Below, in pieces: positions 1 through 13,486 of a stretch of DNA of 64,000 nt (position 1 is the first letter of the stretch; each line of letters starts with the position of its first letter). The DNA lies in contig OZ024749.1 in assembly GCA_964016885.1 (NCBI GenBank), positions 47,926,001-47,990,000 of the forward strand, written 5' to 3'. The stretch is from Eledone cirrhosa. Taxonomy: Eukaryota. The notes beneath the pieces were generated by a model. It ran no database searches and had not been told where the DNA came from. It was given only the letters and a program-made list of their open reading frames with translations. The translations under genes were made by a program, and so were the position numbers.

Positions 1-126
1 AAAGAGACATGTTTATAGATATGCTGTATAAATTTCCCCCCACTGTTTTGGAAACACATATTGCACTAAATCCGCCGTTGATTCTTATTCTTTCTCTACT
101 GCTCTTTATCACCCATATATATATAT

Positions 127-328
127 AAAGATTCATGACCCCTGCGGATGAGCTCTGGCCGTTTCGAGAGATAGATCCGAACTATTTCGGATCTAGATGT
201 CGAAAAGACCGGAGCGCAGCAAACGGGTTTCTGATTATTTTCATATTACCCACACCACTACCCTAAGTATCGAATACTCTGGTGGTTTATGGTCCACCTA
301 GCTTTTTACAATACCCTATCTGAAATAC
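127..328 (+). mobile_element. Fold-back element, family B, copy 1 (diverged): hairpin plus 3' tail inserted in (TA)n
   Basis: Imperfect inverted repeat ~135-230 with apex TAGATCCGAA-ctat-TTCGGATCTA; tail CTAAGTATCGAATACTCTGGTGGTTTATGGTCCACC matches the tails at 43270-43330, 55150-55205 and 57245-57300; flanked by TA repeats. Confidence 0.75.
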
Positions 329-692
329 ATATATATTGTATTAAGAGATTTTGCCGTATCTTTGACTAAATAAAATATAAGCAGCATAGGTAAGATATAT
401 CACCAGGACATTCATCTTCAAAATAAATGTTTCCATTCCATATATATAGCGAGATAGAACTATATTATCAATTATCAAGGGAGACTAGAGAATTAAACTT
501 ATCGAATGGAATTGCCATCTATTAAGTGAAGGGAACATCTCAATGCATTCTATATAATATGTATATAGGTTTAAAGAAGAATATATATTAGCGTGGAAGT
601 GTGGTTTTTACCTATAAATGCAGAGCGAATATATATATTAATATATATATAATTGCCTCAAGATAGAAAATCACATTTTGGTTACATGAGAC

Positions 693-846
<154 letters not shown>

Positions 847-1071
847 TTAATAGAAATATTGACGTTTTTCTCATTCTCGAACTAATTTCATTTCTAATAT
901 TCAACACAATTTATTTTTGAGTAGTAGTTACTAATGTACGTGACTGGCGAATACATATTTGAACCACAATTATGTTCAGGAATCATTGGAGATTATAGAG
1001 GTTACCGTATGAAATATATTTACAACATATTTCTTCTTGTTAAAAAGCTAAAAAGGATGGTATTTCAAATC

Positions 1072-1101
1072 ATATATGTATATATACATACATATATATG
1101 T

Positions 1102-1196
<95 letters not shown>

Positions 1197-1202
1197 CATA
1201 TA

Positions 1203-1238
<36 letters not shown>

Positions 1239-1245
1239 CATATAA

Positions 1246-1290
<45 letters not shown>

Positions 1291-1296
1291 CATATA

Positions 1297-1336
<40 letters not shown>

Positions 1337-1351
1337 CATATACATATACAG

Positions 1352-1382
<31 letters not shown>

Positions 1383-1392
1383 AATACATATA

Positions 1393-1462
<70 letters not shown>

Positions 1463-1478
1463 TATATATATAAATATA

Positions 1479-1536
<58 letters not shown>

Positions 1537-1712
1537 TATATATATATATGTATATATATATATGTACATATATATATACATAAATATATGTACATATATA
1601 TAAACATATATATGTACATATATATATATAAATATATGTACATATATATATACATATATATGTACACATATATATATATATATATAAATATATGTACATA
1701 TATATATACATA

Positions 1713-1786
<74 letters not shown>

Positions 1787-1964
1787 TATATATATACATA
1801 TATATATATATATGTACATATATATATACATAAATATATGTACATATATATAAACATATATATGTACATATATATATATAAATATATGTACATATATATA
1901 TACATATATATGTACATATATATATATATATATATATAAATATATGTACATATATATATACATA

Positions 1965-2023
<59 letters not shown>

Positions 2024-2025
2024 TT
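1072..2025. repeat. Compound (TA)n/TGTACA microsatellite with a ~250 bp higher-order duplication
   Basis: Block TATGTACATATATATATACATAAATATATGTACATATATATAAACATATA starts at both 1561 and 1811. Confidence 0.9.
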
Positions 2026-2074
2026 ATATGATGTATGTAAACATACACAAATATATATGATTTATATGCGTAGG

Positions 2075-2132
2075 AAATAAATTGTACTAATACGAAGAAG
2101 ATTCTTTAATAGGTTCGTGTGTTTCATTGTGT

Positions 2133-2198
<66 letters not shown>

Positions 2199-2256
2199 AC
2201 ACAATGAAACACACGTACCTATTAAAGAATCTTCTTCGTATTAGTACAATTTATTT
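2075..2256. repeat. Near-perfect 182 bp palindrome: 66 bp arms around an (AT)25 centre
   Basis: 2075-2140 is the reverse complement of 2191-2256 with one mismatch (AGGTTCGTG vs AGGTACGTG). Confidence 0.95.
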
Positions 2257-2275
2257 GTGTGTATATATATATGTA

Positions 2276-2406
<131 letters not shown>

Positions 2407-2859
2407 ATATACTTTTGTACAAATTGTATGAAATAAGTTTTTCTCAATTGTTATTCAATGTGTAACAGTTTATTACAGATTTGTCTTTGTTGTTGTTGTA
2501 CTTTTTTTAAGAGAACAAGTATTCAAACTGTTTCTGTGTTAGATTATTACTAAAGACGAATCTCATTTAAATATTATTATATATAATGGGATATGTGCCA
2601 ATTTTTATTCATTATACGCACGTAATAATTTTTGTTCAATCCGAATATGCTATTGAAATACAGATAAGCTACGTGCTAATATTTATGATAAATCACTATA
2701 AATCTTCCAGCATCGTATTCTTGGAAATATATCGAAAGTTTCATATATTTTCCTCGTTATTGCCTTCCTGTCAACGTGTCGTATTGTCATAGAATTAGGT
2801 ACCTTGCTTAAAGGAAGGTCTTCTTACTTGTTCTGTTGATTTGAATAATAATATCTTCC

Positions 2860-3110
<251 letters not shown>

Positions 3111-4159
3111 ACATGTAGCCTACGGAATATAATACGTATACCTTCACATTCATTATTTAGAACAAATCCTACTGAACAACTCGCAAATGATTATTTGCGC
3201 ACTTTAGAAACTCTCCGATATGATATATTTTTTATGCACTAAATAAAAATGATTATGAGTAGAACATATACATATAGCAGGAATGTTATCACCGAATATG
3301 ATTTCAGTTAGTTAGTTGAATTTATTTAATGATGTATCTTTATACAGTCTGGTCTCTATGAATTTTTCATAATTTCCCTATCAATCAAGGGCGGTATGCC
3401 GAAGAATTTAATGGGATTCAAACATCAGACATATTAAATTCTAATCCATCTAATCTATCCCCCGACAAGGCTATACCCCATATTTCTGAAATTCTTACAT
3501 GATTACATCGAGAGGTGAAGAGAAATTGAGAGACAATGGGAGAGAGCGAAAAGAAATAAAGATAAAAGAGTTGTGCGGAAGATAGAATAATTGTGGAAGA
3601 AAGAGGTGAGTGTATTTACAGTCTATACGTTCCTTACTACAACAATTAAATCAACTTCATATCTCTCTCAATGTATGAGCGTTTTCGAAAGGTGCATTTG
3701 TGGCACTGGCTGTTTATCACCAACAGAACTATGACGAGGCAGATTTATAGAACACAATTGTTGATCAAACGCTTTGTTCAGTGATGTAGAACGGGCTCGC
3801 ATGGATTTTATGTGGAAGGATGCAATCCGAAATAAAATTAAAAGAAGTAACTTATCCGAAATAAAGTTAAAAGAAGACTGTAATTTATTCTCCGCTTATC
3901 TCTCTTAAGAAGGATAAATTTGTGAAAATGTAGGAGCATTATCCTATCCCTTATATCCTTGAATGCACGCACCTCTTTGGCTGCGAACACAATTAATGTA
4001 AGGAAACTGGAGATATATGATGTTCCCTGCATTAGATCATTCAGTCACTACATTGCAGATATTTAAAAATAATTCAAGAATTAATGATTTCTTGACTTTT
4101 GTGTTATTTGATCAAATTTCCTTGTTTATATTGGATTGGCGGAAATTATGAGCGGTACA

Positions 4160-4275
4160 GCTTGGCTCCAATGACACCTGAAATCATTTCTCCAGCTGGG
4201 TGAAAGGGAGCAATATGAAATATACTAACTACCTCAAGGCCACAACACATTGGCCGGTGCAGGAATTGATTTCAC
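4160..4275 (-). mobile_element. tRNA-derived SINE fragment, same family as 52810-52990
   Basis: CATTTCTCCAGCTGGGTGAAAGGGAGCAATATGAAAT...CTCAAGGCCACAAC aligns with CATTTCTACAGCTGGGTGAACCGGAGCAACGTGAAAT...CTCAAGAACAAATC; GCAGGAATTGA resembles a reverse B-box. Confidence 0.6.
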
Positions 4276-4905
4276 CAGCACACGGCCGGCTTTTAAGTGT
4301 CTGCTGTTTTTTAGAGGCAATAAAAAATTAACTATGTGTGTGTGTATGTGTGTGTGTGTCTACAACGTTAAAATTAAGTTATAGAGACTGAACATTGTTT
4401 AAGTGTGCTCAGTATTTGTCATTCAATTACTAGCCTGGGAATTTTGTTCATCATGTTAATTAATTATATATAACCTAGAGGTCATATATATCTGCATCGT
4501 AATATTCATAATTGAATTAGTTTAATTTTTTTATGTCATTATGATGTCTACCGTTTAGAATTGATTATACATTAAAGTAAGTTCCATTTGTTTGATATAC
4601 GTATGCTTCCATTATTTTCACCAACATCACTTCTACATTTACTGTGTTTCTTATGCCACAATTTACAGCATGGAAACAATGTTGAATACTTAAACTTTCT
4701 GATTTTATTACGTATAATTAGGCTTGCTATGGCGGAACTATGAAGAAAACATTAGAAATGAGATATAAAATCAAATTACTTCGTTGTAACTTATTTTCTG
4801 TATTTGTCAGACTTTGACATTGTTTTTCCAAAATTGAAATTTATCAATCTCGGTTAGATGATTCTAAGGCATGTCAAATTGTGTAAGTGGTTAACAAATA
4901 ATTAC

Positions 4906-5082
4906 CAGGGTTTTCAAACTGTTTGTGCCACCACCCACCACATGGCTACGTAATAGCCTCAGCGCCTCTCAACCCTATTTCAAGAGAGACATTCCTACCG
5001 CAAATTGTAAATGATACAAAATAAATAAAATCGTGAATTTATATTTAATAAATATTATAATATACACCATGTATAAACAAAC

Positions 5083-5144
<62 letters not shown>

Positions 5145-5273
5145 CTATATTTATATATAATATGTATCATTGTATATTTAATATACTGTTATACCATATA
5201 TGCCGCCCCTTGTCCTCAGCGCCCCATGGACTTTCTCAACAGGAGGCTGTAGCGCCAAATTTGAGAACACCAG
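4906..5273. mobile_element. Decayed hAT/Charlie-type MITE
   Basis: Imperfect termini CAGGGTTTTCAAAC ... TTTGAGAACACCAG with GC-rich subterminal GCGCC motifs; target-site duplication not recognisable. Confidence 0.5.
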
Positions 5274-6787
5274 CCTTAGAATAATGGCATTTTCGAAGAT
5301 TGATATTATTATAAACTATGAATGAATTTTTGTCTTACGGAAAATAAATATATCGTTAAGAAAAAATAAATATATGCTACATGAATATCATCCGTGAATG
5401 AGAATATTATTGGATGTAATAACAGGGATATTTTTATTTTCAATTCATGATTTATGCAGAAAAACCAGGGTACCTACCTCCATAGGAATGTGTATTTAGT
5501 AGCAAAATGTGTTGAAGCTGTGAATAGGAGCATAGAGTAATGGGTGATTGATTTTTGTAGTAGACAACACATTGCAACATCAATAATCAATATCATACCA
5601 TCACAGTCACCTAGTAAACCTAGATTTATATATTCATGGCAATTGTGTATTTTGAAAATAAGTAATTATTTAGTGCGCAGTGCAGATATATCTACCTGAT
5701 ATAAAATGTTGAAATTAATTTTGCCTTTCAAGTATAATCTCACAATAACAATTACAAATATGTATCAACCTTTTGAATTTGGTTATATTAAAGAATCCTT
5801 TATTTTAAACTATTTCATGATGTCTTAAAAGGGATTTAATTTTTCAGTAATTACATGTTTCGGCTTAAACCAAGACAAAAGCTGTAAAATATATAATGTG
5901 TTTGTTAAACATGTATTCTTCATATATTCGCTAAATACCTACGAACAATTAAACATATACACATATTTGTAAAAGATCGGATGGAAATCTGCCACGCCTT
6001 CCACACTGGTGTTTCTTTCTAGTCCATTGCAGGCGTTATTTGTGTGACAGTCTATTCAAATTACAAATAAAACAGAAATACATTTGACAAGTGGGTTGTG
6101 TCAAAAGGCATGATAGAGTCTCCAGTTATTCTTTCAAAATACTATTAAATATAATATATATTGTGACAGATGGAACAATGCACAGTGATTAAAATGTCAT
6201 ACATATAATAGTAAGGTGAGTATATGCGATGTGTCAATGTATTCACTCGCCCTATAAATATATAACTACAATTTATAACAATGCTATATTTAATAATGCA
6301 TTTCTTGAAATACGATTTAACAGGATATTAACCACTAGAAAAGTGTTGATGATAGATGAACCAGGCTTAAACACAATCAACAATAACAATAACATTTCAA
6401 TAACATTTATATTATGATCACTCATTCTTTAAAATATTAACGTCTTCCAAATTATTAATATAGAGAGATACAATGAAAATAGGTCATTGATTTTATAATA
6501 TATAGAGATCATGTTTAACATTTTACATTAAGAGATTAGGAATTTAGATTACGAATAAATAAGAGATGTTTAAATTACTCTTAATGTATCTATTAGGTCA
6601 ATTCTTTAAGTAACTATGCTAGAATAATTCCCAGTGCTATGGTAGTACACAGGTATGAGAACATAGAAGTTAAAAGTTTCTCTCTATTGAATTTGGTCGA
6701 AGAACTCTATAACTCATTAGAGTGAATGTAAATCACCAAGACGATAATATCATTCTCTTCTTTACTTTACTATTTAGATACAATTGA

Positions 6788-6823
6788 CAAACAACCATGA
6801 CTTGTACAAACAACCATGACGTG
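6788..6823. repeat. 19 bp tandem duplication
   Basis: ACAAACAACCATGACTTGT / ACAAACAACCATGACGTGT. Confidence 0.85.
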
Positions 6824-7652
6824 TGAAATTCACGAAGCTGTACAAATATACGCAATTCGATAGGACATTATTTTCACCTCATTTATTCTTTAAAATTCTT
6901 AGCATTTAATCATGGTTTATACAAATTCATTCAATCATCTCTTTTAGATGCTTGCCGTGTTCAGTAATGATATTATTTTCAAAGAATTAACGTCTGTATT
7001 ATGTTTTTCGCAACAACGAAAATGTCAAATGGCTGTTTTCCTTCTATTTGTCAGAAAACAAATTTCATGTAATTTCAATAGAATTTTAATCATTGCCACT
7101 AAAATTACGCCTGCAATAACCGTACAAATGTCGCTAGAATCAAAGGCGGGAAAGGTTTACACGTGTGACTAGAGATTAAACTTTTTACTATAGTTCGTTA
7201 CTGCAGGATCTGGTTGTCATGCACTAGAACATTCTTAAGTTCACCTGGCTGACCTCCATCTTCTTTTAGTAACATTGCTAATGAGGTTTTTAAAAGCCAT
7301 AAATACGAACGAACTATGTTAATGATGTAATGTGAACAGTCATCCAAATAGAAACGTAATTATAATCCCTCCCCTTAATGTTTTATGTTTAAACGCTTGT
7401 CATAAAATGAAAAATGTTGTGTTCTTAAAACAGTTTAATAATGCCAATATTGATTTCTTAGAATGGCATAAAGCCACACATTTGTAAAGAACAGAGAAGT
7501 ACATTTAAGTTTCAAATAGTATGTATATGACTGGTATGCATGCTATCTAAAATGTAGAAATTGAAAATAAAACAAAGAATATATATACTAATGTGCTGCA
7601 GAGACTGCGTTTGATAAAAAAAAAAGATTAAGTAGGCACATAAAGTTGTTCA

Positions 7653-7792
7653 AATCTCGCCGAGGTACGTTTTGCCTTTCTTCCTTACGGAGTCGATAAA
7701 ATAAAGTAGCAGTAAAATATTGGAAACGATTTAATCGACTTTCCCTTCTCCCCAAAATTGAAGACCTTGCGTATAACGTAGAAACAATTATT
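7653..7792 (+). mobile_element. tRNA-derived SINE, family A, 5'-truncated
   Basis: Core TTTGCCTTTCTTCCTTACGGAGTCGATAAAATAAAGTAGCAGTA, then GATTTAATCGAC and tail AGAAACAATTATTA. Confidence 0.8.
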
Positions 7793-7934
7793 ACTTATAA
7801 TTTTAACATCCATAGCATTCTTTTTCATTAAATACATGGTGCAAATTGTTCCATCCATGACTATGCGTATTTAAAATACATAGCTTACGTTTTATTACAT
7901 TATCCGAAGTCTAAGACTATTAGGAGTTTGCCAA

Positions 7935-8125
7935 TTGGATTTGCAAAATCGGTAGAGCGCTGGACGCCATGCTTTACAGCATAGATTTACAGCCCTTTAC
8001 AGTTTGAGATCAATTCCCGCCGAGATTAACCTTGCCTTTCATCCTCGCGGGGTCTATAAAATAAAGCACGAGTAATGTATTGGGATAATTGCTGGCCTTG
8101 TACCAAACGTAGAAACAATTATTAT
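7935..8125 (+). mobile_element. tRNA-derived SINE, family A
   Basis: A-box-like TTGCAAAATCGGTAGAGCG, B-box-like GAGATCAATTCCC, core TTGCCTTTCATCCTCGCGGGGTCTATAAAATAAAG, tail AGAAACAATTATTATT. Confidence 0.8.
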
Positions 8126-9734
8126 TTCTTTTTTCGGCATCAGAATGATGAGGAGCAATGTTAAACCATTGGGATTTGAACTCGGACTGCATTGTCCTAG
8201 AAAAATTATTTCAACACTTTAATGATTCTGCCATTATATCAGTGTCCGGTATTATACAAGATTTTGCTATTCATCTGCGCCTTGACATCGAATAACGTAT
8301 TTCCAGCATTGGCAGAATTCCACAAAAAATGCGAATACGGCAAAAGCGACATTTGAACTCAGTGGTAAATGGATGAATCTAATAATAGTTTATTTTTAGA
8401 CAATAGTTTTTTTCTTTCCCAATTACCAGTCTTTTATTTTTGCCCGAACAATGATTTCCCAAATTTGCATTGGCTAGAAATGTTTCTGTGAATGACCGAA
8501 GTCGAATAAGTCGACCTTCTTCATCCCTGCTAATTAGTGTATGAACCTCGAAAGTGTGAATGTCAAAGTCCATCTAAGCATGATTTGCAATGTATATGTT
8601 GTGGGAGGAAAGTAAATAAGTGTGTGATATTCAGCCTAACTTTCTGCAGTTTCTGCCAACTTACAGTTCTTTACGTATATCTAAATAGTTATATTCAAAA
8701 ACTTGATGATGTATATCTGAAAATTCTTGAATGTAATAACTGTCATTATGAGAAAATACCTCTTACAGATAATACAAAAATGATTACGTAATGATTATGT
8801 TATGATAATATTATAGAAGATAATGCTTCAGCATTAATAAACATCATTCTGTTCGCGTGTATCTATAAGCATTTACTATTTTTATTGACTATATAAGAGT
8901 TGAGAAAGTATAATTCTCCAAGAAAACAAATACCAGGGGATATTTCTGGTGTTACTTAATGGATGCACGTTCTCTTATTTTTAGTATATGCAAACAGTTT
9001 TATACGTTAGGTAATACGTTTTGTAGATTTGTCACGTATATTTCTCTTTCTCATTAATCACGTTTAAGAAGTAAACTGCACAAGTTTATAAAGATGCTTG
9101 ACTGCTTCATCAACATATATAGTTACTATATTAATTCTCGTGAGGAAATATTAAGTGCTGACGTAAGTTTCTATGTAAGATTATACCAATTGTATTCATA
9201 GAATAATGTGTTTTCATAGAATTGTCACGGTTTCAATGTCCAGTACCTTCGCCTAAGGATAAAATTTCAAAATGAATGAAATAATAGAAAATGTTGGAGA
9301 AGAATTGTAAAATCCTTTCTACTAAAATGTCTCATTGGTTTTATCTACTCCCCTTTCCGTTCAGTGTTCAAATCACCACATATTCAACGGTGAATTCTAG
9401 AATTATTATTTGTAATGTGTTTCAAGTGGCTTAAAACATATTTGTTTAATATCACAACTTGCTCTCAAATTATTATTCTTAATATTTTACATCATTAAAT
9501 TGTTAATTATTTAGAGTTTTAGCTCGTTGTCTATCAGTAATCATTCATTTTCTTTTACATTCTGAACAATAACCCTTCATAAATGAATGCATTGTCGAAG
9601 TCTTCGTGACATTTTGATAAGGCATATCATAAAAAAATGTATTTGTTCTGTAATCAAGCTTACTCTATGGTACAGGTACTTACAACTTCATTTTTGTTTT
9701 TACATTTAAATATTGGCATATTGTCCAGTAATAA

Positions 9735-9938
9735 AGCAGTATCAGTAGAGCGTCGGGCAACATGTTTTGTGGCACTTAGTTACGGACATTTACGTTCTGA
9801 GATGTAATCCTTACGAGATTAGCTTTGCATTTCTTCCTTACGGCGTTGATAATATAAAGGTCTAGTAATGCACTGGAGCTGATTTAATCGAATTACCCCT
9901 CCCTCAAATTCTTCGATTTGTGCCTAAATCAGAAACAA
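9735..9938 (+). mobile_element. tRNA-derived SINE, family A
   Basis: GCAGTATCAGTAGAGCGTCGGGC head, TTTGCATTTCTTCCTTACGGCGTTGATAATATAAAG core, TGTGCCTAAATCAGAAAC end; very similar to 30461-30690. Confidence 0.8.
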
Positions 9939-10649
9939 TATATGTACACAAAATCTTCGTTTTCGCTTTATTTCATTACACGTATATGCTTATATCTGAT
10001 TGTGTCATATATTGTCCTCATCCAAATCATTATTTTCTAGATGTAACAGACCAAACCCTCCTTGTGGTGATGTATTATATGAATATTAACTGGGAATTTT
10101 TTTTAGAATATTCCTCTAGAATGTGCAGCTCATATATTTCCTACTTTATTCCATTGAATCTGTAAGTTATAACTGAGATAGTCAATATGATTATACATAC
10201 TATCTTATATTTATCATTGAGTGAAGTTTTACAGATTACATTAAATATTCTGTAATATTGTTTCAGAATGTTCTCTTTCATTCCATGGTGAAGCGGTTAT
10301 CATTCTTCTTTATAAGAGAAGATGGACGCATGCGATTTTGAACTACGAAAGTTTTTGAATTAACAACTATGAATTTATTATTTCCTTTTTTCAATTTTCA
10401 AACATTTTTAGGCGTGAAATATTTGATTTTTTTTTTTCTAACGGAATAAAAATATAAATGTCGGTGATTTTGAAAATCTGCACCATCACTTCGCAGAGTT
10501 GTAAAATATAGTGTTTTCCAAAACCTAAATACAAATAAGTAGACAACTCCAATGTAAAATAAAGGATGAGAAAAAAATAGCTTTCAAGAGATGAACATAT
10601 GTTGCAAAAGAAATCAATATAGACTATTTTATTGTCACAAGGCAAACTT

Positions 10650-10915
10650 GGAAAAAACATGGATGGTCTAAGAAAACAATGTTTTATTTCAAATATTTGA
10701 AACTTGCTACAACAAAAATATACAGCATAAACGAGGAAAATCAGCTGATAAAAATTAACGTCATTATATACACGCAAGCACTGTCACATGAAACTTTTAC
10801 TATACTAAACCAACATTTATTGTTTGCAGTTATTAGTTCAAACACAAAATTTCTAGATATGAAGATATTGATAAACAGACAAAAGCTTGACAGAAATATA
10901 TCCATAATAAGAGCT
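10650..10915 (+). pseudogene. Possible highly decayed Penelope-like reverse transcriptase C-terminal fragment
   Basis: ORF segment LNQHLLFAVISSNTKFLDMKILINRQKL resembles the PLE RT 'IKFT.E.S...FLDI.I' motif; no intact YxDD motif. Confidence 0.25.
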
Positions 10916-13435
10916 CATCCTTCTCCATTACGGGAGAGAAAGAATATGATAATGGAGGACAGGAGTTTTGCAAGAGAGAAACATATTTTAAAGGACACTA
11001 CTATGAAATATGAATTAGAAAGTTCCCCAATAGATGGTTGCAGTGTGGCAACACACATAATCTCAAATTCAATATTGATGGATCTTGGTTTTCGCACTAG
11101 AATATAAAATTGTGCAGTTAATTGCTCGGATGCTTTACAGTGATGAAATTGGTCGTATGTGATCTTAAATGTTTCCTAGGGCGGTTCCACGAGATTCAGT
11201 TTGTGAAATCTGAATGAGGATGTCTCTCAATGTAACACTCGCTGATGTTCAAGCTGATCTTCTCGAAGAGTGTATTGCAATATTTTGTGCGCACGACAGT
11301 TGTATTGGAGACATATGACGTTTATATGTATGTATTGGAGATAATATTTCTAGGTTAATCATAACAATTAACATTGAATGTGTACATGGAATACGTGGAC
11401 CAATTCAAATGATGTATGTGGGAAGAGGCATTGAAATATAACTTACATGTTTGTCTCTCCTAGATATAGTAGAAAACTTGCCCTCAAATCACTCTGTATT
11501 AATGTAAATTGAATAATGTAATACATAGTACATTCAACCTTTCCGTCTCTGAACGTTGGAGAAACTAAAGATGGTATGATGCTATCATGTTATTAAATAT
11601 AATCTAAATACCATTTAAAAATCATTTTTAAAACGATTACTTACGTTTGATATTCGTATATAGTGACTAAAGAAACTGCGATCGAGTACTGTTTACACTA
11701 TAATTGCTATGAAAGTACATTCTTTGTGAGCTATTTAAAATCTAAAAAGAGCAAGCAAGATTATTATCTACGATAATATATGTCTGCATATAATGTTTTC
11801 ACATTTTCAGACAATACAAGTTTCAATCGATCTCGATTTCTAGATTTACAGGTGAAAGCATCGGGTTTGTCTTGCTCACATTACGTCTCCATGAGGAGGA
11901 ATATCCTACTCAGTTGGCAAGACAAATATATAATCACAGTATAGAGATATAGAAGGAAATATATAGATATTGTTCCCATTAATAATTCAAGCGGGTTTAT
12001 ACACAAGAGGAGGGCGTTATGCACATTACATAAACACACGCTGGGATCAGATATATGTAACATAAGGAATTGATGATATCCGATAAAAGCGTCTATCATA
12101 TAATTATCTCCAACCCTACTCGCATCTTTCAATATCTAGAAAAATTGGCGCATGTTCAAATACAATCGGCCAGCAGTCATGAAATAACGAGGGGCCTCTA
12201 TTGAAATTGAATTTGTACACTGAACATGAAAATAGAGACAGCCTCGTTTTACTTAATTAATCTCCCTTCAAATATTATAATCAGTATAGAGAATATTAAT
12301 TTGTATCTGAACAGAATTAGCTACCCATGTATATAGGCCTATAAACATTTATTTATGAAAACATGAATCGATTACATATTTAATCGCGATTTACTAACTG
12401 TTTACGCAATGTCTTAAAATGAAATCAAAATATTTTTGCAAACATAAACCATCAAAATCTTGGCAAACTAATGTTTAATTTATATGCTCATATTCGCAAC
12501 AAATACATGTTATACCAATGAGATGCATTTAAGTATATAATACAAATGAATCTAACCATTGTAATGTAGAAACACATTGAATTGGGTTGCGTTCCATCGA
12601 AAAATGTATAACAAAAAGAAACAATACTTAATGTTTTTATTTTGTATTTTTATATTTTGTTCCTCTTGACATCACAAATGTCATGTGAATACATATTCAA
12701 CAACCTCAAAACACTTAGCTGAGAGTCTTCCAGATAACGTCAAGGGATTTAACTGTAACCAAATTCAGCTCTCTAAATAAATTAGAACTCTCGATTCACA
12801 ATCAAGCGTCATGTATTTGCGTCCAAATCATGCTATTAATTCTAAAGCATTTCCTATTTGTATCGATTTAAATAGTCAATACTCAGATTCTATCTCAGCA
12901 TTGGATACATTTTCCATGAGTGTGTGATGTTGTTTAAGGTGTTATTTATATAAATGTGCTGCCTTTAGTGTGGAGATATATGTTTGTTATTTGAAAGAAA
13001 TGTTCCTATCTTTCAGATTTTATTTAGTATATAACGAATGTTAAATATCAATAAGGATAGTGAAGTGTGAACATGTTATTTGATTATCTACTTTAGAATG
13101 TGATCGTTAATTTTATAAGGAAATTTTTTGTATATTTGTTCTCTTGTAGTGAAACGTGGGTGTATTATCTGACGTGTAAATCATTGAGAGTGAAGGTACA
13201 GTTTATTTATTTTTCTCTTGTTCCATTTCAACTGAAACATTCACTTTTTGTTTTATTGTTTATATTGTTTATAATGTGATGATTGTGTGCTGTAATAAAA
13301 TGAAACATGTTATCACATTTAGTTTTTACGGGTAGTTTGTATTAAGTTAAAAAAGCATAAGTCAGTGAATTTAGTTGCATAGCATTGTTTGTTACATAAA
13401 TGTAATGCTATTGCTTACCAAAAACTTTCTCACAG

Positions 13436-13486
13436 TTTCGTGTTACCTTTATATTACGTGGCGACAAGGACGCTGGTATTTCAAAA
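13436..13486 (+). other. Candidate 51 nt internal exon of an unidentified transcript
   Basis: Branch-like GCTTAC, acceptor CTTTCTCACAG|, donor AAA|GTAAGT; length divisible by 3; open in all three frames. Confidence 0.25.

Noticed and set aside
11852-12200. Exon-like stretch after TTTACAG (GESIGFVLLTLRLHEEEYPTQLARQ...)
   Set aside because: Frame closes after ~33 codons, other frames have stops, and no family is recognisable
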